From Malacoraja senta (Eukaryota), in contig JAXLNO010001453.1 in assembly GCA_038087875.1 (NCBI GenBank), positions 1-64,000 of the forward strand: a stretch of 64,000 nucleotides of DNA. Direction: 5' to 3'. This document shows positions 1-13,780 of the stretch, piece by piece; position 1 is the stretch's first letter; each line of letters begins with the position of its first letter. The notes under the pieces are model-generated. The model saw nothing but the letters and a program-made list of their open reading frames with translations. It was not told the origin of the DNA and searched no databases. A program made the position numbers and the translations under genes.

Positions 1-676
1 TTGACAAGCAATGCAACACCCCCACCTCTTGCCCCTCCAATTCTGTCACTCCTGAAGCAACGAAATCCTGGAATATTTAGTTTCCAATCACAGCCCTCCT
101 GCAACCATGTTTCACTGATCGCCACAACATCATACTTCCAGGTGTCAATCCAGGCTCTAAGCTCATCCACCTTTCTTACAATGCTCCTAGCATTAAAATA
201 TACACATTTAAGAAACCCATCACCACTTATTCTCTGTTTATTATCTTTTTCTTCTTTCTCCCCTACATTTTGGGTCCGAGTGCTTCCCTTCTCTGCCTCC
301 TGCCTCCCACATTTTCCACTAGCTCTATTTGAGTCCCTCCCCCCAACCGTTCTAGTTTAAAGTCTCCCCAGTAGCCTTTGCAAATCTGCCCGCCAGGATA
401 TTGGTCCCCCTCGGGTTCAAGTGCAACCCGTCCTTTCTGTACAGGTCACACCTTCCCCAAAAGAGGTCCCAATGATCCAGAAATTTGAATCCCTGCCCGC
501 TGCACCAGTTCCTCAGCCACGCATTTATCCCCCGCCTCATTCCATTCCTACTCTCACCGTCGCGTGGCACAGGTAGTAATCCTGAGATTGTTACCTTTGC
601 GGTCCTTCTCCTTAACTCTCCTCCTAACTCCCTAAATTCTCCTTTCAGGACCTCTTCTCTTTTTCTACCTATGTCG
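1..676 (-). mobile_element. CR1 LINE, 5' part (ORF1 SGNH-esterase-like C-terminus and start of ORF2 endonuclease); continues off-window
   Basis: ORF 352-702 ISGLLPVPR...INAWLRNWCSGQGFKFLDHWDLFWGR..DGLHLN is the esterase-type CR1 ORF1. It duplicates 49359-50034. Confidence 0.88.
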
Positions 677-1149
677 TAACATATGTTATCACTAATTCTC
701 ACTGATTAAGGTATGTTCATTAGAAAGTCGTGTATCCAATCGCAAGCTGGAGTGCTGATCGCTAGGCTCGGGAGTTTATCAATGTGTTTGGAAGGGAGTA
801 GTGTAGACGGCAAGTGCTCCAGCGGAGAAATGGGAATCTAACGTTCGACTCCTTCCTGCCTGGCTGTTGGAGAGACGGGTTTAGGTCCAGGACGATGGCG
901 TCTGATGCGGAACTGCTGCTGCAATATGCAGTCTGCGGTTCATCAAAGGCGGCTGGGGAGGGCTCACGCTACCTGCGTATACCGCTGATAGCTAATGCGC
1001 ACATCTCCTTAGCACGCACTGAGGGATTGCAAGTAGCGCAGTCGTTTTCGACCAAATAAACAAAGCGTACCAAAAATTTACCCCCACCCCAAATTAGCAT
1101 CGCGTTTCCCTTTCATGTAACGAGAGTTTCCTCTTTTCTACTCCCCCAG

Positions 1150-2038
1150 TGAACTTGTTGGCGATTGTGATCCTGTCCCGCAGAAATTGTGGTCTCTCAA
1201 AATGCACCACTCGTTACCTGGTGGCCATGGCGGCGGTGGACCTCTCAGTGATTGGCTGCGAAGTGATATTACATCGGATTGCCGACGTTTACTGGTGGCG
1301 CACATTCTTATTCCACAATACTGTGTGCAGGTGCATTATGTTCCTCGCTCCCGCCGCCGTTGCCTGTTCGGTTTGGCTCACGGTCGCTTTCACATTTGAT
1401 CGCTTTGTGGCCATTTCCACTCAGAATCTGAGAACCAGATACTGCACCGAAAGAACCGCGGTGGTGGTTATAGTGACCCTAACTGCGTTGTTCTGTTTAC
1501 AGAACGCTCCCTGGCCGTTTGCGTACACTTATTATCTCAGAGATCAGCAGGGTATACAGTGGGGTTGCCGAATACCATATCACTTTTATGTCCTGCCCTA
1601 TCAACAGCTGCTAATCCCAGTCATTCCATTTTGTTTGATTATGCTGATGAACGTGCTCACAGTCAGACGCATTTTAGTGGCCAGTCGTGTCCGCAGAAAA
1701 CTCCGCGATCTCAGTAGTGAGGACCCCGAGATCCCAAACCGCAGACGGTCCGTAATTTTACTCCTTGCAATTTCCAGCTGTTTTATGCTGCTCTGGGGCA
1801 CAAATGTGGCATTTTTCGTTTTCTATCGATGTACGCATTTTGGTTCAGGGGGTTGAAGAACCGATTTGCAACATTTGAACAAACTGGAATTATGCTACAA
1901 CTGTTGAACACCTGCACAAACACGCTCATTTCCACCGTGACCCAGAGGAGGTTCAGAGAGCAGCTGCTCCAGGTACTCAAATGCCCCTTCACCCTAACTG
2001 TAAGCTTATTAAAATCGAGAAAACATGGCGTAAAATAA
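1150..2038 (+). pseudogene. GPR139/142-like class A GPCR pseudogene (exon 2 only)
   Basis: Acceptor ...ctcccccag at 1149. Paralogous to 23033-23946 but with a net 21-bp deletion (PSWIAFSWTQQ to PYQQ), a 4-bp frameshift deletion near 1835 and NTLIY to NTLIS. The intron upstream of 684 is replaced by CR1. Confidence 0.92.
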
Positions 2039-3164
2039 AATTACAATACTAATCCCTTCCAGAGTGCAAAAACTAGGTAATGAAGCAGTTTCCTCTAAAA
2101 TCTTTCCTCATCAATTTTCATAAAAATAGCTGGGAAATACAATCTGAACCCGTCCCCTGCACTGCAATGCATATTTGGCCATCTATTTAACATGCGAAAC
2201 GGGCGCGTTGTTCAAAATGTCCAGTGGGGAGGGCGGCCCTGTGGAACCGAGTGCTATGTTGTACTGGAGCAGACCTCCAATGATTCCGGAATTGAGCCTC
2301 GCCGTTAACTGTTTTCACCTTCCTTTGAATCCAGCGGCAACGTCTCCAGCACGCAATGAAAACAGACATAGAGTTATGGTCCTAAACAGTGCATGCTCCA
2401 TTGCTCTACAATTCTTTAAGACGTTCCATGGTTACGTATGTAAGTGCCCAGTGTACAAATGTATTTAATAAAACTCTTGCTGCAACATTTACGTTAATGA
2501 GAGTTCGATTTTATTTTTGCTTCTCGCACTGAATGTAACGCCTCATTGCTTCTTACAGAGGCTTTCGGTTTTCATTACAATTATTAACTCTGCACCAGAT
2601 GCACCAAAGGTAGTGGGTGCTATTCATACAAGTTGGCATTACTAATAATATTTTTAATTCAAGCAGAGTGTAACAAGCGAGTGTCCAGTAGAGGGCGGTA
2701 AAGTGAGTACGTTCACCTGTGTGGTAAAGAGATTCTGAATCGATTTGCATTAATGTCCCACCTCCATTGAAGCTGCGCCGACGCTGGAGATCTGCCAATT
2801 TGAGATTCGAGGGAGTGCTCAGAGAGTAGGATTTAACTCCGCCTGCAGGGCAAGGAAATGTGAGAAATCCATTAATTTATTTCCTCCACCGATGGCGGCT
2901 GAGATTTTGTATAGCTCTAAATTTGGGTTGAGTACTCTCTCCCCACATCCTCCGCTCCCGACGCGGTAACGATTACATTTTTACATATTCTGATTGACAT
3001 TTTCCCCTCGAGGCCGAAAACACCTTCACTGAACATTTTATGCTTTATTTCTTGACTTATTAACGATTAAAGGTAAGTAAGAAGTTTAAAAACATCAAAA
3101 GGCTTTGAATTTAAAACGACCAGCTGCAACTGATGACGTCACAATGGCTCGGCTAGCAGTGGTC

Positions 3165-3935
3165 AGCTTCACTTACTGTTGTGGGACGTATCACTGATGG
3201 GGACGACAGAGTATAGAAGAGAGATCGAACGACTGTCCATATGGTGCCAACACAATAACCTGGCCCTCAACGCCAGCAAAACCAAGGAACTGATTGTGGA
3301 ATTTGGAAAGATTAGGATGGGGACCCACAATCCCGTTAATGTCAACGGGTCGATAGTTGAAAGGGTCAAGAGCTTCAAATTCCTGGGTGTGCTCATCTCT
3401 GAAGACCTTTCCTGGTCCGAGAACACTGATGCAATTAATAATAAAGCACATCAGCGCCTCTACTTCCTGAGAAGATTACGGGCAGTCAGTTTGTCAAGGA
3501 GGACTCTCCCTTACTAATACAGGTGAACAGTAGGGAGCATGCTGACCGGTTGCATCGTGGCTTGGTTCGGCAACTTGAGCGTACTGGAGAGGAAAAGAGT
3601 ACAAAACGTAGTAAATACTGCCCAGTCCATCATCGGCTCCCTTCCATCGAGGGGATCCATCGCAGTCGCTGCCGCAAAAAGGCTGGCAGCATCATCAAGG
3701 ACCCACACTATCCGGGCCACACACTCATCTCCCCGCTACCTTCAGGTAGAAGGTACAGGAGCCTGAAGACTGCAACAACCAGGTTCAGCAAAAGCTACTT
3801 CCGCACAGCCATCAGGCTATTAAACTCGGCTCGGACAAAACTCTGAACATTAATAGCCCATTACCTGTTTATTTGCACTTTATCAGTTTACTTATTCATG
3901 TGTGTATACATTTATATAATGCTATATGGACACAC
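3165..3935 (+). mobile_element. Rex1/Babar-like LINE, 3' fragment
   Basis: WCQHNNLALNASKTKELIV..VERVKSFKFLGV..KAHQRLYFLRRLR followed by PLPSGRRYRSLKT.TTRFSKSYF; contains frameshifts. Confidence 0.82.
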
Positions 3936-5819
3936 TGATAGACATAGTAATATAGAAACATAGAAAATAGGTGGAGGAGGAGGCCATTCGGCCCTTCGAG
4001 CCATCACCGCCATTCGTTGTGTTCATGGCTGATCGTCCCCTATCAATAACCCGTGCCTGCCTTCTCCCCATATCCCTTGACTCCATTAGCCCCTAGAGCT
4101 CTATCCAACTCTCTATTAAATCCATCCAGTGATTTGGCCTCCACTGCCCTCTGTGGCAGGGAATTCAATAAATTCACAACTCTCTGGGTGAAAACGGTTT
4201 TTCTCACCTCAGTCTTAAATGACCTCCCCTTTATTCTGAGACTGTGGCCCCTGGTTCTGGACTCGCCCAACATTGGTAATATTTTTCCTGCATCTAGCTT
4301 GTCCAGTCCTTTCATAATTTTACATGTTTCTATAGGATGCCGCCTCATCCTTCGAAACTCCAGTGAATACAAGCCTAGTCTTTTCAATCTTTCCTCATAT
4401 AACAGTCCCGCCATCCCAGGGATCAATCTGGTGAACCTACGCTGCACTGCCTCAATCACAAGGATGTCCTTCCTCAAATTTGGAGACCAAAACTGTGCAC
4501 AATACTCCAGATGTGGTCTCACCAGACCCTATACAACTGCAGAAGAACCTCTTTACTCCTATACAGAAATCCTCTTGTTATGAATGCCAACATTCCATTA
4601 GCTTTCTTCACTGCCTGCTGTACCTGCACGTCAACTTTCAGTGACCGGTGCACAAGGACGCCCAGGTCTTGCTGTACCACCCTCTTACCTAACCTAACCC
4701 CATTGAGATGATAATCTGCCTCCTTGTTTTTGCCGCCAAAGTGGATAACATCACATTTATCTATATTATACTGCATCTGCCACGCCTCTGCCCACTCACT
4801 CAACCTGTCCATGTCACCCTGCATCCTCCTAACATCCTCTTTATAGTTCACACTGCCAACCAGCTTTGTGTCATCCGCAAACTTACTACGTTGCTCCTAA
4901 TTCCGTCTTCCAAATCATTAATATATATGGTAAACAGTTGCGGCCCCAACACCGAGTCTTGCCGCACTCCACTCGCCACTGCCTGCCATTATGAAAAGGA
5001 CCCGGTCACTCCTACTCTTTGCTTCCGGTCTGCCAACCAATTTTCTATCCATGTCAACACCCTACCCCCAAACCATGTGCTCTAATCTTAGTCACCAGTC
5101 TCCCATGCGGGGCCGTATCAAAGGCTTTCTGAAAGTCTAGATACACTACATCCAGTTGGATCCCTTCATCCATTTTACTTGCCACATCCTCAAAAAATTC
5201 CAGAAGATTAGTCAAGCATGATTTCCCTTTCATAAATCTATTTTCACTAGGACTAATCCTTTTACTGCTATCCAAATGCCCCATTATTACCTCTTTAATA
5301 ATTGACTCCAGCATCTTTCCCACCACCGAAGTCAGGCTAACTGGTCTGTAATTCCCCGTATTCTCTCTCGCTCTTTTCTTGAAAAGTGGGATAACATTAG
5401 CTATCCTCCAATCCACAGGAACTGATCCTGAATCTATTGATCATTGGAAAATGATCACCAATGCGTCCACTATTTCTAGAGCCACCTCCCTGAGGACCCT
5501 GGGAAGCAGACCATCAGGCCCAGGGGATTTATCTTCCTTCAGTCCCATTAGCCAACCCAATACTATTTCACGCCTAATGAATATTTCTTTCAGTTGCTCT
5601 ACCCCCTTAGATCCTCTGTCCTCCAGTACATCTGGGAGATTGTTTCTGTCTTCCTTAGTAAAGACAAATCCAAAGTACCTGTTCAACTCTTCTTCCATTT
5701 CCTTGTGCCCATAATAATTTCACCCGTGTCTGCCTTCAAGGGACCCACATTTGACTTTGCTACTATTTTCCCCTTAACATATCTTAAGAAGCTTTTTTTA
5801 CTGTCCTTCTGTATATTCC

Positions 5820-6545
5820 TTTTTTTTTTGATTAATATTTTTATTAGAAGCAAACATCTTATAAAGTATAGTAACATATTATAATAGAAAATAAACTTTT
5901 CATATACATCAATCATACATTATTAAAATTGTCAATTGTCGATTAATTCTGCTTCTAGTGTTTTTTTTATATAGATAGAAAAAGAGAGGTAGAAAGAAAA
6001 AAGCATTACAAATATCGAAAAAAAAGAGGTGGAATAAGTTACTTATAATACGTCATTGGAGATAAGTTCGTAGTTATGAACTATAATTTTACATCTAATC
6101 CTGAGTTCAAGCTTCTGTTGGGTTTTCGTGCTGGGCCCATCTATCCCTTCAAATAGTTAATGAATGGAGCCCATATTTTAACAAAAAGTTCTTGTTTGTC
6201 CATTAAGACAAGTCTAATTCTTTCTAGATGTAGGGTCTCCGACATTTCCACAATCCACATTTTAATTGTGGGGGTTATAGGACCTTTCCAAAATTTTAAT
6301 ATGAATTTTCTCCCAGTTATTATACTGTAGTCAAGGAAGTTTCTTTGGCTTGTTGTGAGTGTTAAACTTTGTTCTGATATCCCAAGTATTATTAATTTTG
6401 AGTCTGGATCCAATTTAGTATTAACAATTTCAGAAATTATTTCAAAAACATCAATCCAGAAATTTTTGATTTTTATACAATTTGCAAAAGTATGTGTTAA
6501 ATTGGCCTCTAGATGTAGGCATTTATCCTATATAATGATAAATAC
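5820..6545 (-). mobile_element. L1-clade LINE, 3' fragment with poly(A), nested in CR1
   Basis: Poly-T at 5820-5829. ORF 6141-6413 (GRKFILKFWKGPITPTIKMW..ETLHLERIR) is homologous to the C-terminus of the 1263-aa ORF2 at 37967 (GKKLILKFWKNAPTPTIKMW..ETLHLEEMR). Confidence 0.88.
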
Positions 6546-7715
6546 CTTCCGGCTACTCTTTGCTGTGTTATACATCTTTTCTTTTAGTTATATTCTATCT
6601 CTAACTTCTTTTGTCAACCACGGTTGCCTCCTAACCCCCTTAGAATCTTTCTGCCTTTATGGAATGAAATGATCCTGCGTCTTCCGGATTATGCCCAGAA
6701 ATTCCTACCATTGCTGTTCCACCGTCATTCCTGCTAGGATCCCCATCCTGTCTACTTTGGTCAGCTCTCCTCTCATGCCTTCATAGTCCCCTTTGTTCAA
6801 CTGCATCACTGCCACTTCCGATTTTACGTTCTCCTTCTCAAATTGCAGATTAAAACTAATCATATTATGATCACTACCACCAAGCGGTTCCTTTACCTCG
6901 AGTTCTCTTATCATAACTGGTTCACTGGACAGCACTAAATCCAGAATTGCCTTTTCTCTGGTGGGCTCCATTACAAGCTGCTCTAAGAATCCATCTCGGA
7001 GGCATTCTACAAACATCTATTTCTTGGGGTCCTGAACCAACCTGATTTTACCAGTCTACCTGCATATTGAAATCCCCCATCACCACAGTGGAATTACCTT
7101 TGTTACATGCCAGTTTTAACTCCTGCTGCAACTTACACCCTGCATCTGGGCTACTATTTGGGGATCTGTAAATAACACCAATTCGTGTCTTCTTGCCTTT
7201 GCAATTCATCAACTCAATCCACAGTGACTCTACCTCGTCAGTCTATATGTGTTCCCTCGCAAGGGTCTGAATTCCCTCCCTCACCAGCAAAGCTACCCCC
7301 CTCCTCTGCCCACCTGCTACCCCCCACCTCTGCCCACCTGCCTGTCCTTTCTATAGGATGTATAACCCTGAATATTAAGTTCCCAGGCCCTATCCTCCTG
7401 CAGCCATGTCTCAATAATCCCCACAATGTCATATCTACCAACCCCTAACTGAGCCTCAAGCTCATCTACTGTACTTCTTATACTTCGCGCATTCATATAC
7501 AATACTTTTAATTCCTTACGCATCTCACCTTTCACATCGATCCCTATTACAATTGGCCATACTCTCCTATCCCTTTGTGAGCTTACCTTCCCGTTAATTC
7601 TGGGGTCATTAACCATCCCTTTACTCTCTTTCCCTTTAACTCCATCCTCGACTATCCCATTTGACACCCCACCCACCTTATTCAGTTTAAAACCACCCGT
7701 GTAGCAGTGGCAAAC

Positions 7716-9465
7716 TGCTTTCAACAGATTTGACTGCCCCACACCACCCCAGTCTCCCCCACCTGGTCTGCTGACCATTGCTGCTTCCTCTCCACCTCCC
7801 CTCCCTCTCTCCATCGTCTCCATCACTCCTGAGATGTCACCTGTGCGGAATCCCCTCTTTCCACCTCCCATTCCACCAGCAGCCCCACCTATGACTCTTC
7901 ATACTGCTCAGGTCAAGATGATGCTGGACAGACTGAAGCCAGGGAAAGCAGTGGGGCCTGATGACACCAGCCGAAGGCTACTGAAGACCTGCTCTTCAGA
8001 GCTGTGTGGTATTGTAACACACCTGTCCAACCTGAGCTTGCGTCTACAGAAGGTTCCAAGGCTGTGGAAAACATCTTGCCTGGTACCTGTCCCAAAGAAG
8101 ACCCATCCCACTCACCACAATGACTACAGACCAGTAGCGCTCACTTCACGTATTATGAAGACATTTGAGAGATTTGTCCTTTCCTACATCAGGACTAGTG
8201 TGTCAAATCAAATGGATCCTTTACAGTTTGCATATCAGCCTAACAACAGTGTCGATGATGCCCTCATTTACATGCTGCAGAGGGTGTACACACATTTGGA
8301 CACTACTGATGCATCTGTAAGGATTAAGTTTTTTGACTTCTCAAGCGCCTTCAACACAATTCATCCCCGACTGCTAGTGGAGAAGATGGAGAAGATGAAA
8401 GTGGATCCATCACTGGTACTGTGGTGTTTGGATTACCTTTCCCTCAGACCACAGTACGTGCGCCTACAGAACAACAATGTCTCAAGCACCATCTTGAGCA
8501 GCACAGGGGCTCCACAAGGAACTGTGCTGGTTCCATTCCTGTTTACCATCTACACAGCGGATCTCCGATATAATACCAACAGCTGCTTTTTGCAGAAATT
8601 TTCGGATGACACAGCTGTTGTCGGCCTCATTAAAGGGGGCAATGAGGAGGAGTATAGAGACATGATAAGTAACTTTGTGGAGTGGAGTGCACCCAATTAC
8701 CTCCTTCTTAACACCACAAAAACCAAGGAGATAGTTGTGGACTTCAGGAGGGGGAGGAGAAGGACTCAAGCAACACCAATCACCATTAAGGTGGAGGTGG
8801 TCGCTAACCACAGGTACCTTGGTGTGCAGCTTGACAGTGAGCTGGACTGGAAGTGTAATATGGAGGCGGTGTACAGGAAGGGACAAAGCCGACTGCATTT
8901 TTTAAGGAGGCTGAGGGCATTTAACATCTGCCAACCCCTACTGTGCAGTGTCTACCATTCAGTGGTGGCCAGTGCTCTGTTTTTTGCGGTGGCCTGTTGG
9001 GGAGATGGCGCCCGCATAGCGGACAAAAACAGGCTGGACAAGCTGATCAGGAAGGCCGGCTCAGTGGTCGGGGCTGAGCAACGAACGGTCCAGCAGGTGG
9101 CAGAGGCCAGAACTCTCAACAAACTGGGTTCTATAATGACCAACCCCACTCACCCACTCCATGCCCTGAAGGTGATCAAGAGCAGCATCTTCAGTCAGAG
9201 ACTGATTGCACCAATGTGCAAAACTGACAGACATAGGAAGTCCTGTTTACCAGCTGCTATAAGGTTATATAATGCGCATAAATAACTGCACTTTTTTATT
9301 CTTTAATTGTATTTTAACTTGTATGTTAACTTGCATTTTAACTTGTTAAGTATGGCAGCTATTTGAGGAAATGTGTGGTGTTATGTCTGTCTTGAAGCTG
9401 TCGTGGCACTGTAATTTCCTGCAAAGGATTATTAAAGGTATAATCAATCAATCAATCAATCAATC
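7716..9465 (+). mobile_element. Rex1/Babar-like LINE, 5'-truncated, with an open RT frame (7834-9285), nested in CR1
   Basis: DPLQFAYQ..VDDAL..FFDFSSAFNTI..GAPQGTVLVPFLF..FSDDTAVVGLI; (TCAA)n tail at 9441-9465. Host CR1 sequence gtggcaaac/ctgcctgccag is rejoinable across the insertion. Confidence 0.9.
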
Positions 9466-11261
9466 GAACCTGCCTGCCAGAATGCGGATCCCTCACCTGT
9501 TAAGATGCAATCCGTTCCTTTTGTACAGCCCCCCTTACTCCAAAACAGATCCCAGTGATCTAAGAATCTAAATCCCTGCCCCCTGCACCAGTTCCTCAGC
9601 CACACATTCAGGTCCCGTACCTCCCTGTTTCTGCTCTCGCCAGCACGAGGAAGTGGAAGCAAACCGGAGATAACAACTCTGGATGTCCTGCTTTTCAGCA
9701 TTTTTCCGAGCTCTCTAAAGTGACGCTGCAGAATATTCATCCCCTTCTTTCCGAGGTCGTTTGTGCTGACATGCACTACCACTTCCGGCTGTTCACCTTC
9801 GCCCTTGAGGATTTTCTGCACTCTGTCCGTGACATCCTGCATCCTGGCACCAGGAAGGCAGCACACCATCCTCGAATCCCGTCTATTGCCGCAGAAACCC
9901 CTGTCCGTACCTCTCACAATGGAGTCTCCAACTACAATGGCGTTGTCTGACGTTGGCCTCTTTGGATTTGGCTCAACAGCCCTTTTTGCTTCGCAAGCCA
10001 GCGCGCCGCTCAGTGTGATAACGTATTCTGTCCCGACAGCTTTTAAGTGGGTGAACCTGTTCACAAGATGTACAACACCCGGGGACGTTTGCATTCCATG
10101 TTTCCCTCCCTTTCTCACCGTCACCCACCTTCTCTCTTCCAGTACCTTACATGTAACAATCGTACTGTAGGAAAAGGAACGACTCAGTTTCTCGGACGAA
10201 CCTGAGGTCATCCACTTGCTTCTCCAGTTCCCCAACACTGTCCTTCACGAGCTGTACCTGGATGTACTTCTCACATTTGTAGCAGCGGTGTCCTTGACCT
10301 CCCACATACTGAAAGCATCACACTGAATCAGCTTACCTGATGTGTCCTTATTTCGTCTCTCCCTCTCCAGCGTTTTGCGTAGCCTCCTCTCCTCAGCCTG
10401 CTCGCCGAAGACTCTCGAGGCAAAGACTCACACATTTCTCACAGGGCACTTCACTCACAAGGCCGCTCACTCACTGCCGCTCCCTAAGAGCCGTCTTGCT
10501 TATATTGACTGATAAATTATCTTTGTTGCAGTTGCTTCAAAATCCACGGGAGCTCTGAGTAAAGTCTGCCTGTGCTTTGCCTCTCCTTTTCAACTCTTTT
10601 CCCCTCTGACTCACTTCTACCTCTCCTCCCACTCGGGCTAGAGCCAATCAGTGTTTTCTCCTGATCTGTTCTGTAGTCATGTCTACTATGTTCTGATGTG
10701 CTGAAGAAAAGCAAGAATGTCATTGTCCTATCAGGGACACATGACAATAAATTCTCTTGAATGTTGAATCTTGAATGATCACATTGAATGGCGGTGTTGG
10801 CTCGAAGGGCCGAATGGCCTACTCCTTCGCCGATTGACTATTGAAAAGGAGCTAATCAGCCACTCTCCAACTCCGTCTTATATGCAGGACCTTCTCTCTC
10901 TGCTTCCAGACCCATAAACTAATTTACTGCACAAACACATGTGTTACTTTTTAAGCTAGGGGGCTAGACTGTTGCAAGTAAATTAACAGGCACAATCCTC
11001 GGCAACGTGCAGGCTCAGCTATCGTTTCGTTGAACACCTCCGCTCAATTCGCCTAAAATTGCTTGATCTCCCGCTTACTAAACACTTTAACTCCCCCTTC
11101 CATTCCACACTGACCTCTCTGTGCTGGGTCTCCTGCATTGTTGGAGGAGTCAAAATTGTCCCCTCTTACTTTTTGCTCGAATCTGCTTGACAACGTACCC
11201 TGCTTCTGCAAAGTATTTTACACTTCAACCGCGTGGAGAGTTTACGAATAGCCACGGCGTT

Positions 11262-11694
11262 TTTAAAACCCTTGCCTCCCGGTTCCTCCTCATTCTGTTG
11301 CTCAAACTGCAGACGGTCACACAAACCCTGGCGGTCAGTTAAGCCCGCGGGAGACTGCGGGGTGAGAACAATGGAGCAAACAGTGAGCTAGCAATGAAGA
11401 ACAGAGGAATGTACTGGTGGCAATCTAGTGAAGCTGTATCCTGTTGCGTTCGCCTTACCTTGTAAATGTTATTGTTGTAAAAGTTACAAGCATTAGCTGT
11501 GCTAGCCGGTTTAATGCCACTGGTCCAATGTTTATCCTCCAAGAAAGTGGATGCATGCTGGTGCTTCTGAACTCCTGCACCAACTCGTGCATTTATGAAG
11601 GGCGCAGACCAAATTCCGAGAGTAGTTGAAGAATACGGCTAAATACCCGCTGGGTCTATTTAGTCGAATGTTTACATATTGTGAACGTCTCTAA
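11262..11694 (+). pseudogene. Ancient GPR139-like GPCR relic (TM5 to helix 8), a divergent paralogue
   Basis: FLLILLLKLQTVTQTLAVS*ARGRLRG (TM5/ICL3), ESGCMLVLLNSCTNSCIY and the KYPL tail match TGIMLQLLNTCTNTLIYTVTQRRFREQL..FPF of the intact gene. Contains stops and indels. Confidence 0.75.
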
Positions 11695-12876
11695 AGTAAG
11701 CGGGTAATTTACATTTTATTTTCACTATCACAGTTAATGCGAGTGAACTCATAAGGGAGGGTGTTATATGGTGATATGGTTATGTCATTGGGGCAGTCAA
11801 GAAGACCTGTAGAATATTGCGAGCTAAATTTCCATCAAAGTTTACCTATATATCCTGTTCACTCTTTTAAGCGAATGTTGACGATATAGGGCAGAAATAA
11901 TTTGTTTGGGGGCACAAATAGGTAGTGAATATAATAGGATGCTGTGTTGCTTCAGTGGGGAAGGAGGGAGCTAGTTGCAGTTCTATACGTGACCGCGCGA
12001 GGGCGCGTTCCTTTTAGAACTGGTACTTCACAGTTGCATCCGATGAAATCAGTGCTTCGTTGTATTGTCTTCGAGTAACACATCTAGTACCTGTTCTTTT
12101 ACACAAAGACCCCCTATAGAAATTTAAATCTCTGGTAAAATAAAATTTTAATGGCATAAATCAAGGCCACTAAGCAAGTCATTCTGCTGTCTATTAAATT
12201 GGACGTAGAGATTCCTGTTTTATACCAATGTCATTAGAATCGACGTCTGAGATTTTCTTCATTTTACTCCATGTTACATTGTGCAGCTTACACTGAGTGA
12301 TGCAATGAAGCCCGGGTAACTGATCGTATAGATGTAGACCCTATTTTCTTAGAAGAACGCTGTCCACGTGCTGGTCGTACATTGTTGGAACAAACTCATC
12401 TCGTTTGTGGTTGCAAATAAAATGTGACGGCCCAGATATTTAACTTTCTATTAATTTAATTGGGACAATTGAATGAGGCAGGAATATACAGTGGACTGCG
12501 CCTTGTTTCACACCACGCCGTGAGCTTTTCTGGTATTTCTGTTCCAGGCACTCCCAGTACTATGTCCCATAATACACTGTCAGGACTGGTCACATGTGAA
12601 GCCAGGCTCCCTCTGTGCAGCCTCATCAAAAACATTCCCATTCAATTCCCCCATGGATCACATTCAGCGACTTTGTTTCAAGTCATAAAATGATATAGCA
12701 CGTAAACAGACCCTTCGGTCGAACGTCCATGCCGATCAAAGTGTCCCATTCCAGGTAATCCCATTTGCCCGCGGTCCCCGCTAAATCAATCCTATCCATT
12801 TGCCCGCTCAAATGTATTTCAAATAGTATTATACATCCTGTCTCCACTAACTCCTCTGGCAGTTAGTTTCTTGTAG

Positions 12877-13600
12877 ACAATAGACCAAAGACAATAGACA
12901 ATAGGTGCAGGAGGAGGACATTCGGTTATTTGAGCCAGCACCGCCATTCACTGTGATCACGGCTGATCATCCACATTCATTGCCCCGTTCCTGCCTTCTC
13001 ACCATATCCGCTGACCCCGCTATCTTTAAGAGCTCCATCTAACTATCTCTTGAAAACATCCAGAGAATTGGCCTCCACTGCTTTCTCAGGCAGCGAATTC
13101 CACAGATTCACAACACTCTGAGTGAAAATGTTTTCTCTCATCTACGTTCGAAATAGCCTACACATTCTTAACCTGTGGCCCCTAGTTCTGGACTCTCTCA
13201 ACATCGGGAACATGGTTCCTACCTCCAGCGTGTCCAATCCCTTAATAATATTTTATGTTTCAATAAGATCCCCTCTCATCTTACTAAATTCCAGCGTACA
13301 CAAGCCCATCCGCTCGATTGTATCCACATATGACAGTCCCGCCATCTCTGGAACTAACCTCGTGAACGTACGGTGCACTCCTTCAAAAGCAAGAATGCCG
13401 TTCCTCAAATCTGGAGACCAAAACTGCACACATTACTCCAGGTGTGGTCTCATTAGGGCTCTGAACAACTGCAGAAGGACCTCTTGCTCCTATACTTACT
13501 TCCTCTTGTTATGATGGCCAACGTGCAATTAGCTTTCTGCACTGCTCCTGTACCTGCATGCTTACTTTCAGTGAGTGATGAACAAGAATCCCCAGGTGAT
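12877..13600 (-). mobile_element. CR1 3' fragment
   Basis: (GACAATA)n tail at ~12877-12905; antisense translation is similar to RPHLEYCVQFWSP. Confidence 0.8.
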
Positions 13601-13780
13601 ACCCATCACCTTCTCAAGTGCAAAGGTTTCCCTCCCGTTCCTGTTAAATATTTCCCCTCTCACCTTTAACCTAATTCCTCTGGTTCTTTATTCTCCAACT
13701 CTGGGTAAAGGACAGTGTGCATTCACGTTCTCCAATCCGCTAATGATTTCATACACTCAGCCTCCAGCGCTCAAGATATC

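Larger units (their letters stand above)
3938..10500 (-). mobile_element. Near full-length degenerate CR1 LINE interrupted by an L1 fragment and a Rex1-like LINE
   Basis: ATAGAAAC tail at ~3950; RT C-terminus (RPHLEYCAQFWSP), RT, endonuclease (LYMNARSI..GIIETWL); ORF1 (AIVVGDSIVRG..CCLPGAR) at 9466-10300; GC-rich 5' UTR to ~10500. Confidence 0.9.

Noticed and set aside
3134-3141. Perfect CRE TGACGTCA (also 52392-52399) as a TCR V promoter element
   Set aside because: No leader or V exon recognisable on either side, and an 8-mer is expected by chance at about this frequency.
4053-4583. Numerous 60-180 aa ORFs such as MPAFSPYPL... as novel genes
   Set aside because: They are antisense or alternative frames of CR1/Rex1 coding sequence and recur wherever the TE recurs.
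7084-7090. CACAGTG heptamer as a cryptic RSS
   Set aside because: It lies inside CR1 ORF2 with no nonamer at 12 or 23 bp.
12456-12693. Short ORFs present in both duplication copies as a conserved small gene
   Set aside because: The copies differ by frameshifting indels and many replacements; no motif or splice support.
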